This document shows, one piece after another, positions 48,706-58,101 of a stretch of DNA of 64,000 nucleotides. Both the position numbers and the translations under genes were made by a program. The stretch comes from a virus, in the IMG/VR virus record IMGVR_UViG_3300027771_000011, positions 9,556 through 73,555 of that record; one strand, 5' to 3'. The notes below the pieces were generated by a model. That model saw nothing but the letters and a program-made list of their open reading frames with translations. It ran no database searches and had not been told where the DNA came from. How positions within the stretch are numbered: the first letter of the stretch is position 1; each line of letters starts with the position of its first letter.

Positions 48706-50453
48706 GCACATATGCAGATCATGGAATTGACGTTCCAAATAATCAATCGGGTGAAGTGAAAGCATTCTGCCCTAGCTGCCGCCACCTGCGAAGCAATAAG
48801 AATAAGCATCATAAACCTTTGAACGTGAACTTAGATAAGCAAACGTGGTACTGCCACAACTGTGGTGAAGCAGGTGGCCTAGGTGGTGATCAGAAGCCTG
48901 ACTACATTGATCGTCCTAAAGTTTATGTGCCGCCTGTGCCGATACCTAGATCTGATTTGCCAGATAAGGTTGTTGCATGGTTCAAGGAAGATCGAGGTAT
49001 ATCGGAAGCTGTACTCATAAGAAATAAGATAGCGTATGAAAATTCATGGATGCCTCAGCTTAGTGCAGAGACAGGGACGATTCAGTTCCCATATTTCCGT
49101 GACGGTAAGCTGGTCAATATTAAATATCGTGACGGACGCAAGAACTTCAAAATGAATAAAGGCTCTGAGCGAATACTGTACGGGCTTGATGATCTAGATA
49201 AATCCATCACGATTATAGTTGAAGGTGAGATGGACAAGCTATCCCTTGAGGAGGCTGGCTATCCAAACTGTATCTCTGTACCTGATGGGGCACCTTCTAT
49301 TGAATCCAAATCATATTCATCTAAGTTTGATTTCTTGGGCGACCCTAGGTTAGACGATGTAAAGAGATTCGTCATTGCCGTTGACACTGATGCACCGGGA
49401 AAGAGGCTTGAAGATGAACTCAGTAGGCGTCTGGGTGTAGAGCGGTGTGCCCGAGTGATCTGGCCCGAGGACTGTAAGGATGCCAATGAAACTTTAAAGA
49501 TGTACGGGGCACAGGAGATTACAAGATCTATAAAAGCGGCTCTTGACTACCCTGTTGCGGGTATCTTTGAGGTATCAGATGTTGTTGACCAGCTCGATTA
49601 TATATATGAGTCAGGTTATGAGTTAGGTATTAGCACAGGTTGGAAAGATGTTGATCAGTTTTACACAGTTCGTCAAGGCGAGTGGACTCTAGTGACAGGC
49701 ATACCGTCACACGGAAAGTCTAATTTCCTAGACGCCATGTTAGTGAGGCTAGCCAAGCAGCATCAATGGAGATTTTGTATCTGCTCACCTGAAAATCAGC
49801 CTGTCGCTAGACATATGGCTGGCTTGCTCGAAAAGAAATCAGGCAAGTCTATTGTTAATGGGCATCCTTTACGCATGAGCAAGCAAGAATACACTGATGC
49901 AAAGTCTTGGGTTGATGATCATTTTTCCTTCGTAATGCCTGAACATCCAACGCTAGCTGAGGTTCTTAGGCTAATGAGAGTTCAAGTGAAGAGGCGTGGC
50001 GTACAAGGCATTGTAATAGACCCGTGGAACGAGATCGAACACTCAAGGACTGAAGGCATGAGTGAGACTGAGTACATCTCACACGCGCTTACAGAGCTTC
50101 GTACATTCGCCAGAAACAATCGGGTTCACCTTTGGATTGTTGCTCACCCAACCAAGCTCCAGAAGGATAAGAATGGTGAGTACCCGATACCAACACCATA
50201 CGATGTTGCAGGTGCAGCTCATTGGCGAAACAAAGCAGACAACTCAATCACTGTATGGCGAGATATAGCTGACTCGAGTACGCGTGTAACTCAGGTTCAT
50301 GTACAGAAGGTTCGCTTCAAAGAGATCGGTAAGGTCGGCATGGCAGAGCTTGCGTACAACCACATCACTGGAGATTACTCTCAGTTGGATGACGCCAACA
50401 TTGAGATTCCCTCAGTGTATTCAAGTAACTCACCTGTACCAGCAACATTTTAA
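48702..50453 (+). CDS. Twinkle/T7 gp4-type primase-helicase
   Basis: CPSC...CHNC zinc finger; TOPRIM VEGEMD, DTD..G, KDANE; Walker A GIPSHGKS; IDPWN; VAHPTK. Confidence 0.93.
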   Translation: MSTYADHGIDVPNNQSGEVKAFCPSCRHLRSNKNKHHKPLNVNLDKQTWYCHNCGEAGGLGGDQKPDYIDRPKVYVPPVPIPRSDLPDKVVAWFKEDRGISEAVLIRNKIAYENSWMPQLSAETGTIQFPYFRDGKLVNIKYRDGRKNFKMNKGSERILYGLDDLDKSITIIVEGEMDKLSLEEAGYPNCISVPDGAPSIESKSYSSKFDFLGDPRLDDVKRFVIAVDTDAPGKRLEDELSRRLGVERCARVIWPEDCKDANETLKMYGAQEITRSIKAALDYPVAGIFEVSDVVDQLDYIYESGYELGISTGWKDVDQFYTVRQGEWTLVTGIPSHGKSNFLDAMLVRLAKQHQWRFCICSPENQPVARHMAGLLEKKSGKSIVNGHPLRMSKQEYTDAKSWVDDHFSFVMPEHPTLAEVLRLMRVQVKRRGVQGIVIDPWNEIEHSRTEGMSETEYISHALTELRTFARNNRVHLWIVAHPTKLQKDKNGEYPIPTPYDVAGAAHWRNKADNSITVWRDIADSSTRVTQVHVQKVRFKEIGKVGMAELAYNHITGDYSQLDDANIEIPSVYSSNSPVPATF

Positions 50454-50701
50454 TGATGGAGATTTTCCGAATGAATAAAAAAGTTTATCTAGCAGAAGAA
50501 GTCCGTTCTGATAACAGGGAGTTGATGCCCGAGTTTACTAAGGCTTATGACTCGCTCACTGAAGCGTTTGGTCAGATCAAAGTTATCTATGCTCAAGAGA
50601 ATGATCGAGTGGTTGGGGTTGAGCCAGATGAGTCTGAGTACGTTAGCATTTTTGTTGAACCTAAACCCATAGGTGATTCATGGGGGCGCATAAAAAGATG
50701 A
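50453..50701 (+). CDS. Hypothetical protein
   Basis: NRELMPEF...FG.IKVIYAQEN motif; coupled to the helicase stop. Confidence 0.6.
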   Translation: MMEIFRMNKKVYLAEEVRSDNRELMPEFTKAYDSLTEAFGQIKVIYAQENDRVVGVEPDESEYVSIFVEPKPIGDSWGRIKR

Positions 50702-50747
50702 GACCTAAAGCTAACAAACATCCCCATACAATTATCAAGAGGACAGT

Positions 50748-50921
50748 ATGAATAATCATTACACAAAGTGGGGGAAGAACTGGGAAGAACGTAACAAAGA
50801 ATCCCGTAAAGCCTACCGAGCTAAGTGGTACAAGGATAACCAGACACGAATCCGTGAGCAGCAAAAAGAATACCGATTCAAAAGAGACCTTTCCGAAGTG
50901 ATGGGAGAATCAGATGAGTAA
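50748..50921 (+). CDS. 57-aa Arg/Lys-rich helical protein (not in ORF track)
   Basis: MNNHYTKWGKNWEERNKESRKAYRAKWYKDNQTRIREQQKEYRF...; GAGGA RBS. Confidence 0.55.
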   Translation: MNNHYTKWGKNWEERNKESRKAYRAKWYKDNQTRIREQQKEYRFKRDLSEVMGESDE

Positions 50922-51321
50922 AATGTCCAGAGAGAAAGGTAAACGTGGTGAACGCGAAGTGGTTACCTTACTAAGGGATCTACTAGGAGATGGTTATGTG
51001 TTCAAACGAAACCTTCTCGATCAATGCCATGACGGGGGGATGGACATATTGGGCCTCCCTGATTGGGCGATTGAGGTAAAGAATTATAAAGAAGCTACAC
51101 CATCTCTGATCCGAGGTTGGTGGGATCAGACTGTTGACGAAGCGATCAAAGCATCACGCCACCCAGTGCTTTTTTGGAAGCAAGCTAGGCGACCTTGGAT
51201 GGTTGTCGTGGCAGGTAGCCACCTGATCGGCCAACAGCAGACGACATGGGAGAACACATACGAATACACCATCACCATGAGTCCAGAAATGTTTTGCACG
51301 TTAGTCAGGGAAAAAATGTAA
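50914..51321 (+). CDS. Holliday-junction-resolvase-like PD-(D/E)XK nuclease
   Basis: SREKGKRGEREV, GMDI, WAIEVK, WWDQ. Confidence 0.85.
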   Translation: MSKMSREKGKRGEREVVTLLRDLLGDGYVFKRNLLDQCHDGGMDILGLPDWAIEVKNYKEATPSLIRGWWDQTVDEAIKASRHPVLFWKQARRPWMVVVAGSHLIGQQQTTWENTYEYTITMSPEMFCTLVREKM

Positions 51322-51734
51322 TGAAGCGTGACTTTATCCTGCGTACTAAATCAGTTGTCTCATCTGCCCTAGACTATATCAATGGGCTTGAACTCAATGA
51401 GGACAAACCTTTGTGGCAAATAACCATTCAACCTTTTAAGAAAGCTAGATCAAACAAACAGAACCGACTCTACTGGGATTGGATGACGCTTGTGGCTGCT
51501 GAAACAGGGTACACAAAACTTGAATCGCATGAAGCGTTCAGAGATAAGTTCAAGGACGCATACGGATTGGAGACTACAGGATCTATAGGTGGACACGAAT
51601 TCACCATTAGAGTTAGCACCAAAACATTAGAGCCAGCAGTGTTTGCTCAGTACATGTTGGACGTTGAGCGGTTCTGCATAGACACCCTTAATTTATATTT
51701 ACCTCACCCAGAGGATCAACGACATGAGCGTTAA
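51321..51734 (+). CDS. ninB: NinB/Orf-family recombination mediator
   Basis: RSNKQNRLYW, STKTL....F..Y...VE, LPHP. Confidence 0.8.
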   Translation: MKRDFILRTKSVVSSALDYINGLELNEDKPLWQITIQPFKKARSNKQNRLYWDWMTLVAAETGYTKLESHEAFRDKFKDAYGLETTGSIGGHEFTIRVSTKTLEPAVFAQYMLDVERFCIDTLNLYLPHPEDQRHER

Positions 51735-52038
51735 ATCTAATGCACTACGCCAATCAGCTAGAGATCAAGCCTGTACATTTCAGATCCCTAAGATCTGCAA
51801 CCACAACAAAGAGACTACTGTACTGGCTCACATACAAACAGAGGGTGGAATAATGGGAGGCAAGGCTGATGATTTCTCTGCTGCATTCGCATGCTTCGCT
51901 TGTCATGTTCACTTAGACCAACACAGGATGACCTATGAAGATGAGTTGTTCTTTACTCGCAGGGCATTGGTAAGAACTATTTCTTATTGGGTTAATAATG
52001 GTTTGATCAAAGTTAAGGGGAACACGAATGACCGATAA
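51724..52038 (+). CDS. DUF1364/YbcO-family zinc protein
   Basis: LRQSARDQACT.QIP.IC.HN.ETTVLAH...ACFACH..LD. Confidence 0.9.
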   Translation: MSVKSNALRQSARDQACTFQIPKICNHNKETTVLAHIQTEGGIMGGKADDFSAAFACFACHVHLDQHRMTYEDELFFTRRALVRTISYWVNNGLIKVKGNTNDR

Positions 52039-52474
52039 AGAAGTCGATGCACTCTTGCATCATTGGGCTGAGTGGGTAGCTAGAGATAAGGATGCTGGTC
52101 TTGGCTTCCCCTCAAAAACTATACTGGGTCGATTATCTGATGGAGATATTAGCTCAGCCAGTAGCTTTAAATCATCGACACCACCTCTAAAGAAGAGAGA
52201 CTTTAGGGCAGAAGCTGTTAACAAATCTGTCATTAAGTTATCTAAGATTGATGACACCTTGAGTGAGGCTATCACGCTACATTACTGCCAGCAGGGTAGT
52301 GCTGAAAAGAAATGCAAGGTGCTTGGAGTCAGCAGAAGAAATTACTTCACGATGCTTGACCGAGCAAGGACATGGCTGTCTGGATTCCTCACCGCCATTG
52401 CTGAAAAAACAATCAATCCAAGTATCAAGTACAGACTTGATGAAGATCGTGGGGTAGGGCGTCCTATCACTTAG
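52028..52474 (+). CDS. Antiterminator Q-like protein
   Basis: LLHHWAEWV...GLGFPS; C-terminal HTH LGVSRRNY...LDRARTWLSG. Confidence 0.75.
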   Translation: MTDKEVDALLHHWAEWVARDKDAGLGFPSKTILGRLSDGDISSASSFKSSTPPLKKRDFRAEAVNKSVIKLSKIDDTLSEAITLHYCQQGSAEKKCKVLGVSRRNYFTMLDRARTWLSGFLTAIAEKTINPSIKYRLDEDRGVGRPIT

Positions 52475-52475
52475 G

Positions 52476-52697
52476 CTACGCAATCTCTACGAACTCTGAG
52501 TCTGTCTCTATCCAGACCTTAGCGCCACAGCTGAGAGGCTTATCAGGGCTATACACTAGACGGGATGGCCCATTGATAATAACCTCATGGGCATACCGGT
52601 TTTCCTTATACGTTTTAACAGTAATGACTGGATCATTATCACCTGTCTTCCCATTGGATTTAATGATGTGTTGATTGATATGTATCTTAGTCTTCAT
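52476..52697 (-). CDS. Conserved phage hypothetical protein
   Basis: IHINQH.I..N...PVITVK...YSPDKPLSCGAKVWIET. Confidence 0.7.
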   Translation of the reverse strand: MKTKIHINQHIIKSNGKTGDNDPVITVKTYKENRYAHEVIINGPSRLVYSPDKPLSCGAKVWIETDSEFVEIA

Positions 52698-52957
52698 GGA
52701 TTTACCTCTACTAATTTAAAAAATTTATCCGTACTTAAATCTACATCAGCGAATGCAATCCTATAGCTTTCATGTCTATAATCTAAACCATCAGCCAGAA
52801 AGTAATCGTTATAACCTTTGGCGTAGGCATCTATACGATCTACTGCGTTTATGTCGTCACTATAAACAACTAGCATTGGTTCGCCATCCTGTAAATACAT
52901 GTATGACTCCTTAGCAAGAGACCATACTAAGTGTTCATGAAATGTCATTACTTTCAT
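52694..52957 (-). CDS. Hypothetical protein
   Basis: ATGA-coupled ORF. Confidence 0.6.
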   Translation of the reverse strand: MKVMTFHEHLVWSLAKESYMYLQDGEPMLVVYSDDINAVDRIDAYAKGYNDYFLADGLDYRHESYRIAFADVDLSTDKFFKLVEVNP

Positions 52958-53943
52958 GCTGCTTCCTCCACGTTAAGTTCGTTAGCCATGAGAACCTGAA
53001 ATCTAAAGTCGGTTATGGCATCCATTACGCTACCGCTATGATTACTTATATAGTCTGTTATCTTCCTGTAAAGGTAATAAGGTATTGGCTTTCCTGCTAT
53101 CTCATTAATGCGTGTCATTGCAGTAGTCATATAGCGTTCCTGAAGCTTGTCATTAACTGCTGTTGAGATCCTTAACTCAGATGACGCATTCTTTTTATAA
53201 GCAAGGGCTATGTCTTCAAACAGAAATATAAATCCTGACTCATTGTTATAGTAGGGGAAGTCGTTAGAGGGTTTGATCCACTTAGCTTTGAATACTTTTA
53301 AGCCATGTTGGTTGGTGCTTAATAGTTCTGCATACAAGATAATTTTAGTTTCGATCCTTATAATATTCGAGATGTCTTCTAGCTTTAGGAGTCCATCCAT
53401 ATGGATTAGCTGGCCGTTGAACCCTCCACATTCCAGCTCGAACTTAGACGAACCAACATTACTGCTAAGATCTTTCCATGCGTCCTTATGATCGTTCCTG
53501 CTACCAAAAGACATAGACCATTGTTCTTTTCTTATAGCTAACAACTTTTGTCTTGGCGTAATAGAACCATCATATCTATCTTTGTTATAAGAAATTTTGT
53601 CGGCCCTTGATTTACGTTCTCTATGTATTCTAGAGCAATGATTTACATGGGTGCTTAGAAAATCATGAAGTCCATTCTCGTCAAGGAAACTAAACATATT
53701 ATGCTGAGCCGCTTGTTCAATGATTTCTTTAGACCAGCTACGCCCACCCCGATAACTGAACTTTTCTTCAGATTTACGTTTAGTTATTAAGTTAGCTATA
53801 CGTTTTAGTTCAGGGGTGAACAACTTGAAACCAGCACTCCTATTTATAATGTATTCATTTATTCCAAGAGACAGGTCATTAATAATTTCCCGTCTTCTTG
53901 AGATCAATACACGATCTCTTTCTTCTCTTAGGTTCTTATCCAT
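52954..53943 (-). CDS. Hypothetical protein (329 aa)
   Basis: AGGAGG RBS; long ORF. Confidence 0.65.
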   Translation of the reverse strand: MDKNLREERDRVLISRRREIINDLSLGINEYIINRSAGFKLFTPELKRIANLITKRKSEEKFSYRGGRSWSKEIIEQAAQHNMFSFLDENGLHDFLSTHVNHCSRIHRERKSRADKISYNKDRYDGSITPRQKLLAIRKEQWSMSFGSRNDHKDAWKDLSSNVGSSKFELECGGFNGQLIHMDGLLKLEDISNIIRIETKIILYAELLSTNQHGLKVFKAKWIKPSNDFPYYNNESGFIFLFEDIALAYKKNASSELRISTAVNDKLQERYMTTAMTRINEIAGKPIPYYLYRKITDYISNHSGSVMDAITDFRFQVLMANELNVEEAA

Positions 53944-53952
53944 TACATCCTC

Positions 53953-55101
53953 CTAGATGTTTATGTTAATCGTCTCACCCCAAGGGGCAACCTTCTCGTT
54001 GGTACACGCCCACAAGACAGGATAGTTAGGCTGTCTAGGCATATTGCAATAAAGATCAGTCAGATAAATTAAACAGGCTGGCTCAACACCTTCCTTCTGT
54101 ACATGATCAGCTACCCAATCAAACGCTGGCTGGAAGTCTGTGCCACCACCTCGAGGGAACTCCCACTTGAATGGAAGATCATCAGGTGTCTTAATGGACT
54201 GAACCTTTTGAACTTCCGTGTCACAGAACAAGATGTGAACACTGGTATTGAAGTTACTTAAGATGCTGTTGACCTCAGAACCAAGTCGAGTAGTCTCTTC
54301 AGGCGTAATTGATCCAGAGGTATCATTAACAATAATGATCTCACCTATCGTCTCGTTATGCAGGGAAGGGCAGTAGATGTCATCATGAATGAACCTACGA
54401 TCAGGACGCCTCCAAGAGTATTCATCCTTAGCCCACTGAGTAACGAAGCGCTGAAGGACATACTTCCAGCTAACTTTAGGGCGAAGCATCTCACCCACCA
54501 GATCTCCTAGATGGGCAGGAAGTTTACCCATAGCTTTAGCAGCCTGAGCAGCCTGAGCAGCAGCAACTTCCCAATCATGGTCAAGTTCCTTCAGTTCAGC
54601 AGGAGATAGCGCCTGTCCATTCTCTCCAGTAGGATCACGCATAGAACCACAGCCTCCTACATCACCACCTTCACCTTCACCATCTCCACCTCCGCCTCCG
54701 CCACCATCATCAGGTAGCTTAGAGTAGATAACGTCAGCTGACATATCATGATACTGAGGATCATTAAGAGCGCCATCAGGTAGCGCAAATCCATTATTGA
54801 GTAAGATAGGATTGATCGCATGATCACATGCTATGTTCCACTTCTTAGGATCTCTATGCCCCCTACGGGCTGGATGGTTGAGACCACAGTGCATAACCTC
54901 ATGAGCCATGACTCCCTTTACTTGGTCAAAGGGTAACTCACTAACAAAGTCTGGGTTGTAACCCAGATTAGTGCCGTCTACCCACGCTGTATCACACTTA
55001 GGATCTTCTATAATCTTAAGCCTCATAGACAGTGCCCCAAAGAAAGGGTTGTCTAGGACTAAGGCTGTTCTTGCTTTAGTTACTATCTCTGCTGGTGTCA
55101 T
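53953..55101 (-). CDS. DUF2201-type HExxH metallopeptidase plus VWA domain
   Basis: PFFG.L, HEVMH, WNIACDHAIN; MIDAS DTSGS; GGGTDF; YLTD. Confidence 0.9.
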   Translation of the reverse strand: MTPAEIVTKARTALVLDNPFFGALSMRLKIIEDPKCDTAWVDGTNLGYNPDFVSELPFDQVKGVMAHEVMHCGLNHPARRGHRDPKKWNIACDHAINPILLNNGFALPDGALNDPQYHDMSADVIYSKLPDDGGGGGGGDGEGEGGDVGGCGSMRDPTGENGQALSPAELKELDHDWEVAAAQAAQAAKAMGKLPAHLGDLVGEMLRPKVSWKYVLQRFVTQWAKDEYSWRRPDRRFIHDDIYCPSLHNETIGEIIIVNDTSGSITPEETTRLGSEVNSILSNFNTSVHILFCDTEVQKVQSIKTPDDLPFKWEFPRGGGTDFQPAFDWVADHVQKEGVEPACLIYLTDLYCNMPRQPNYPVLWACTNEKVAPWGETININI

Positions 55102-55415
55102 GCTGCTACCTCCCCTGATAACATAATGCCTTTGATATTATCGACAGCTGCTTTCTCATAGCCACCGATGTTCCAGTTAGTGATGTGCTCAACCTCTGGG
55201 CCACCACAATAGTTCCTTCCGTTCTTCCAGTTGTAGACAGTGGCAGTGACCCCATCTTCAAACAGTACAGACCAGAAGGCATCGACCTTTGAAGGGTCAC
55301 CTGTATCAGGCTCCCCGAATAAAGTTACGAGCAAAGAAAAGGGGCATGTGATTTGCCCCTGAAAACATGATCCGCTGATCTCAACGTCATGTGTATTATG
55401 TGTAGTGTATTTCAT
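55098..55415 (-). CDS. Conserved phage hypothetical protein
   Basis: LFGEP...KVDA.W...ATVYNWK...WNIGG. Confidence 0.7.
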   Translation of the reverse strand: MKYTTHNTHDVEISGSCFQGQITCPFSLLVTLFGEPDTGDPSKVDAFWSVLFEDGVTATVYNWKNGRNYCGGPEVEHITNWNIGGYEKAAVDNIKGIMLSGEVAA

Positions 55416-55446
55416 GATTCCTCCAAGGGCCGAAGCCCCATTATTT

Positions 55447-55620
55447 TTATATATCTACTTCTATAAATGCTGGCCTATCATTTTCAGATTCAACTATTAA
55501 CTCAACGTTTTTATATGAGTTATTGTTTAATCCATATACAACTTCTTGAGCAGCATCTTCTGCCGTAATACTCACAATTGTTGTGGTGAACGTGACTGTA
55601 TAAACTTTATTTGTATTCAT
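55447..55620 (-). CDS. 57-aa hypothetical protein (not in ORF track)
   Basis: AGGAG RBS; MNTNKVYTVTF...TAEDAAQEV. Confidence 0.6.
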   Translation of the reverse strand: MNTNKVYTVTFTTTIVSITAEDAAQEVVYGLNNNSYKNVELIVESENDRPAFIEVDI

Positions 55621-55628
55621 GATTGCTC

Positions 55629-56492
55629 CTATGCAACTTGGTTTCCTAGATAGCCAGACATCTTCTTCAAAATGTCATCGGCTGTTTCTTTAGCTTCTGC
55701 TCTCGCACGAGGGAAGATACGAAGGTCGGCTGGTGCTACAAGTAACTTTCGTGCTTGTTCATTAAGCTCATCTAGGTGAGGGTCACCTGAGATGTTTAAT
55801 AAAGGCAGTTGATCCAGTAGCTTCTCTAACCTTTTAGTAACTGCTTGTGTGAACACGCCATCCTTAACGTCAGGAGACAGGGCTAGTCGCCTAGCAACAT
55901 CACTGATGGTTTCATATAGGCGATCCCACGGTTCAGCTAATGCGCTCTGCATGGATGACATAACATCCTTCTCCATCTTGTCCCTGATATAAGCTGCATC
56001 ATCGTCAGTCGCTTGCACTATAAAGTTCTCTGACTCTTGTATAGGTCTGATAGTAATGGAAGCGCCATACTTTTCTCGAACAGTAGAGCTATCAGGATAG
56101 TCGGACTGCTTGAACATAGAACCTAGCTCAGCTTTCTGTGCATTGACGATGCGCTCATACTCCTTGATGAAAGTATTAACTGTCGATTCATAATCACTGA
56201 CCGCCTTATCAAATCCTTCACGAAATTTGAAGAACATGTCAGAGCGCAAGGCTCTGAAGCCGAAGTCGTCCCAAGGCACAGTGTTCTGCTGAACATAGAC
56301 GCGGATGCGCTTCTCAGCTGCTGCGATAGGGTTAGTGTACTGGGTTGCAATGATACGCTTGATGTAACGTCCAGCATTGGATGAGGCGTTGTGGTTGCTG
56401 TTGGTCTCACTGGTGATGGTGACGTCCTCCTTGGAAGGAGTCCAGCCATGAACAGTCAGGTTTACTAGCATTGCTTGGTTGCGAATAGACAT
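55629..56492 (-). CDS. DUF3150-like helical protein
   Basis: AMLVNL....W...K.D, T.PW...G.R.L, LG.MF...DYP, LNISGDP.L; lies between the AAA and VWA genes. Confidence 0.65.
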   Translation of the reverse strand: MSIRNQAMLVNLTVHGWTPSKEDVTITSETNSNHNASSNAGRYIKRIIATQYTNPIAAAEKRIRVYVQQNTVPWDDFGFRALRSDMFFKFREGFDKAVSDYESTVNTFIKEYERIVNAQKAELGSMFKQSDYPDSSTVREKYGASITIRPIQESENFIVQATDDDAAYIRDKMEKDVMSSMQSALAEPWDRLYETISDVARRLALSPDVKDGVFTQAVTKRLEKLLDQLPLLNISGDPHLDELNEQARKLLVAPADLRIFPRARAEAKETADDILKKMSGYLGNQVA

Positions 56493-56501
56493 ATTTATCT
56501 C

Positions 56502-57485
56502 CTAGATAATTACGGAATGGTTATCTGAAGCCCAATTAATAAAGGCTTTAGTCTTGGTTACTGCTGGGCACTGAGTGACAGAATCTCTGATCATCAGGAC
56601 GTTGTACTCAGGTAAGATACGCTTGCCGTACTGAACGAGACGCTCGAATGTAACCTCACTAGATCGTGCTGCCAGCGCACCAGTCAAGGCATACAGAGTA
56701 GCTGGATCTGTTGGTACATCTGCGTTCATTGGATCGAGTAAGATATGGTCTGGGTCAGGCAGGGTACGGAATATCTTAAGGAAAGCGGTTAGCTCTGCTG
56801 CTGCTCCCTCACCTACAGTTCCTTTAAGTAAGTCGTACTCAATCTCCTTATCAGGGTTAGCTTGAAGGATGTCAGATGCAAACTCCCAAGAGCGTGGGGT
56901 TGGGAATGCGTTTTGACTTACGTCCATATCATGAAGGAGTGCCGGTCTGAACCGGATAAAGGCAATTATCTCCGTCTTTATTCCAGCCCCAAGCGCCCAT
57001 GTGACCCAGTCATTTAGGTCTACCTCGTAATCAACGTGTACAAAACGGTTCTTGAACTGACTAAGAAGCTCACCAGCACCTGCTCTGTCAGTGGTATAGT
57101 TACCCGCTGCGATAATGCGCCATCCCTTTGGTAGGGTATAGCTTGTGCCTATAGTGCGGTCTAACACCAACTGAGTGAGTGCTTTTTGTACAGCTGTGGT
57201 AGCTTGAGGTAGCTCGTCCAAGAACAGGATGCCCTTACCAGAGGTAGGCCATAGCTCAGGAGTGAACCAGTTGGTTACCTTGGTCTCTCGGTCTGGGACG
57301 GGGACACCCATCACATCTACAGGGTCAAGAAGAGCGGCACGAATGTCACGCAACTCCATCTTGTATGACTTCGCTACTTCCTTAACCAATGCTGACTTGC
57401 CCACTCCGGGCTTGCCATGGATAAGTATAGGTACGTCTGCTTTCATACAGGTATGCACAGTTTTAACAACACTTGAATGCTTCAT
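56502..57485 (-). CDS. MoxR-like AAA+ ATPase
   Basis: GKPGVGKS, ILFLDE, IIAAGN, NRF, PTPRSW. Confidence 0.92.
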   Translation of the reverse strand: MKHSSVVKTVHTCMKADVPILIHGKPGVGKSALVKEVAKSYKMELRDIRAALLDPVDVMGVPVPDRETKVTNWFTPELWPTSGKGILFLDELPQATTAVQKALTQLVLDRTIGTSYTLPKGWRIIAAGNYTTDRAGAGELLSQFKNRFVHVDYEVDLNDWVTWALGAGIKTEIIAFIRFRPALLHDMDVSQNAFPTPRSWEFASDILQANPDKEIEYDLLKGTVGEGAAAELTAFLKIFRTLPDPDHILLDPMNADVPTDPATLYALTGALAARSSEVTFERLVQYGKRILPEYNVLMIRDSVTQCPAVTKTKAFINWASDNHSVII

Positions 57486-57551
57486 AATTTCCTCCTAGGA
57501 AATAGTAGTTATATAAATGTATTGGTTGGTGTGGAATATATCCACTTGGAT

Positions 57552-57857
57552 TTAGATGGCGACATCGTAGTCGTAGTCATCGAAGTCATCGAAGTCAGGC
57601 TGGTTAGATTCCTCTAGTTCCTTACCCCATAAACTCTCTACTTCATCGGTAAACTCTGAGCTACAGAAGTAAGAAAGCATCGAAGGGTCAGCTAACTCTG
57701 ATGTGCTCTCAACCTTTTCTATAAGGAAGTCCACACTGTATGAGTCACCATAGTCAGAATCCTCGGGGGTGGCCCCCAAGAATGGGAGCTGACCTACCAT
57801 ATAGTCAGTGATGTTTACGGTGGCCTTCCAGTTTTCATAGGTTATTTCTAGTTGCAT
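57552..57857 (-). CDS. Acidic hypothetical protein
   Basis: AAGGAG RBS; DFDDFDDYDYD tail. Confidence 0.6.
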   Translation of the reverse strand: MQLEITYENWKATVNITDYMVGQLPFLGATPEDSDYGDSYSVDFLIEKVESTSELADPSMLSYFCSSEFTDEVESLWGKELEESNQPDFDDFDDYDYDVAI

Positions 57858-57876
57858 ACATACTCCTTTACCCGAG

Positions 57877-58068
57877 CTAGTCGGGTATCCATAAATTAAT
57901 ATTGAATAGATCATCAAGGTGAGTCAGTGATGGTAACTCTTTGGTGATCCTTAGCCCCTTGAATGGAACTAATTGAGGAGGGTCTTCAACAGCAGAGCGA
58001 CTAAGTCTGGCCACAATGTTGTTGTCTTCATCGACTAAAATGTACCCATCATTGGGCGGTATATCCAT
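57877..58068 (-). CDS. Hypothetical protein
   Basis: GGAGGAG RBS. Confidence 0.6.
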   Translation of the reverse strand: MDIPPNDGYILVDEDNNIVARLSRSAVEDPPQLVPFKGLRITKELPSLTHLDDLFNINLWIPD

Positions 58069-58078
58069 ACGATTCTCC

Positions 58079-58093
58079 TCCGGCTGAACCGGA
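58079..58093 (-). promoter_or_regulatory. Recurrent 15-nt hairpin, copy 2 (abuts the RBS)
   Basis: Minus strand TCCGGTTCAGCCGGA-GGAG. Confidence 0.55.
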
Positions 58094-58101
58094 CTTGGTT
58101 A

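Noticed and set aside
56942-56956. CCGG-N6-CCGGA as a fifth hairpin copy (also the longer hairpin at 44102-44121)
   Set aside because: The first is intragenic with wrong spacing; the second has a different stem and loop, so neither was counted.
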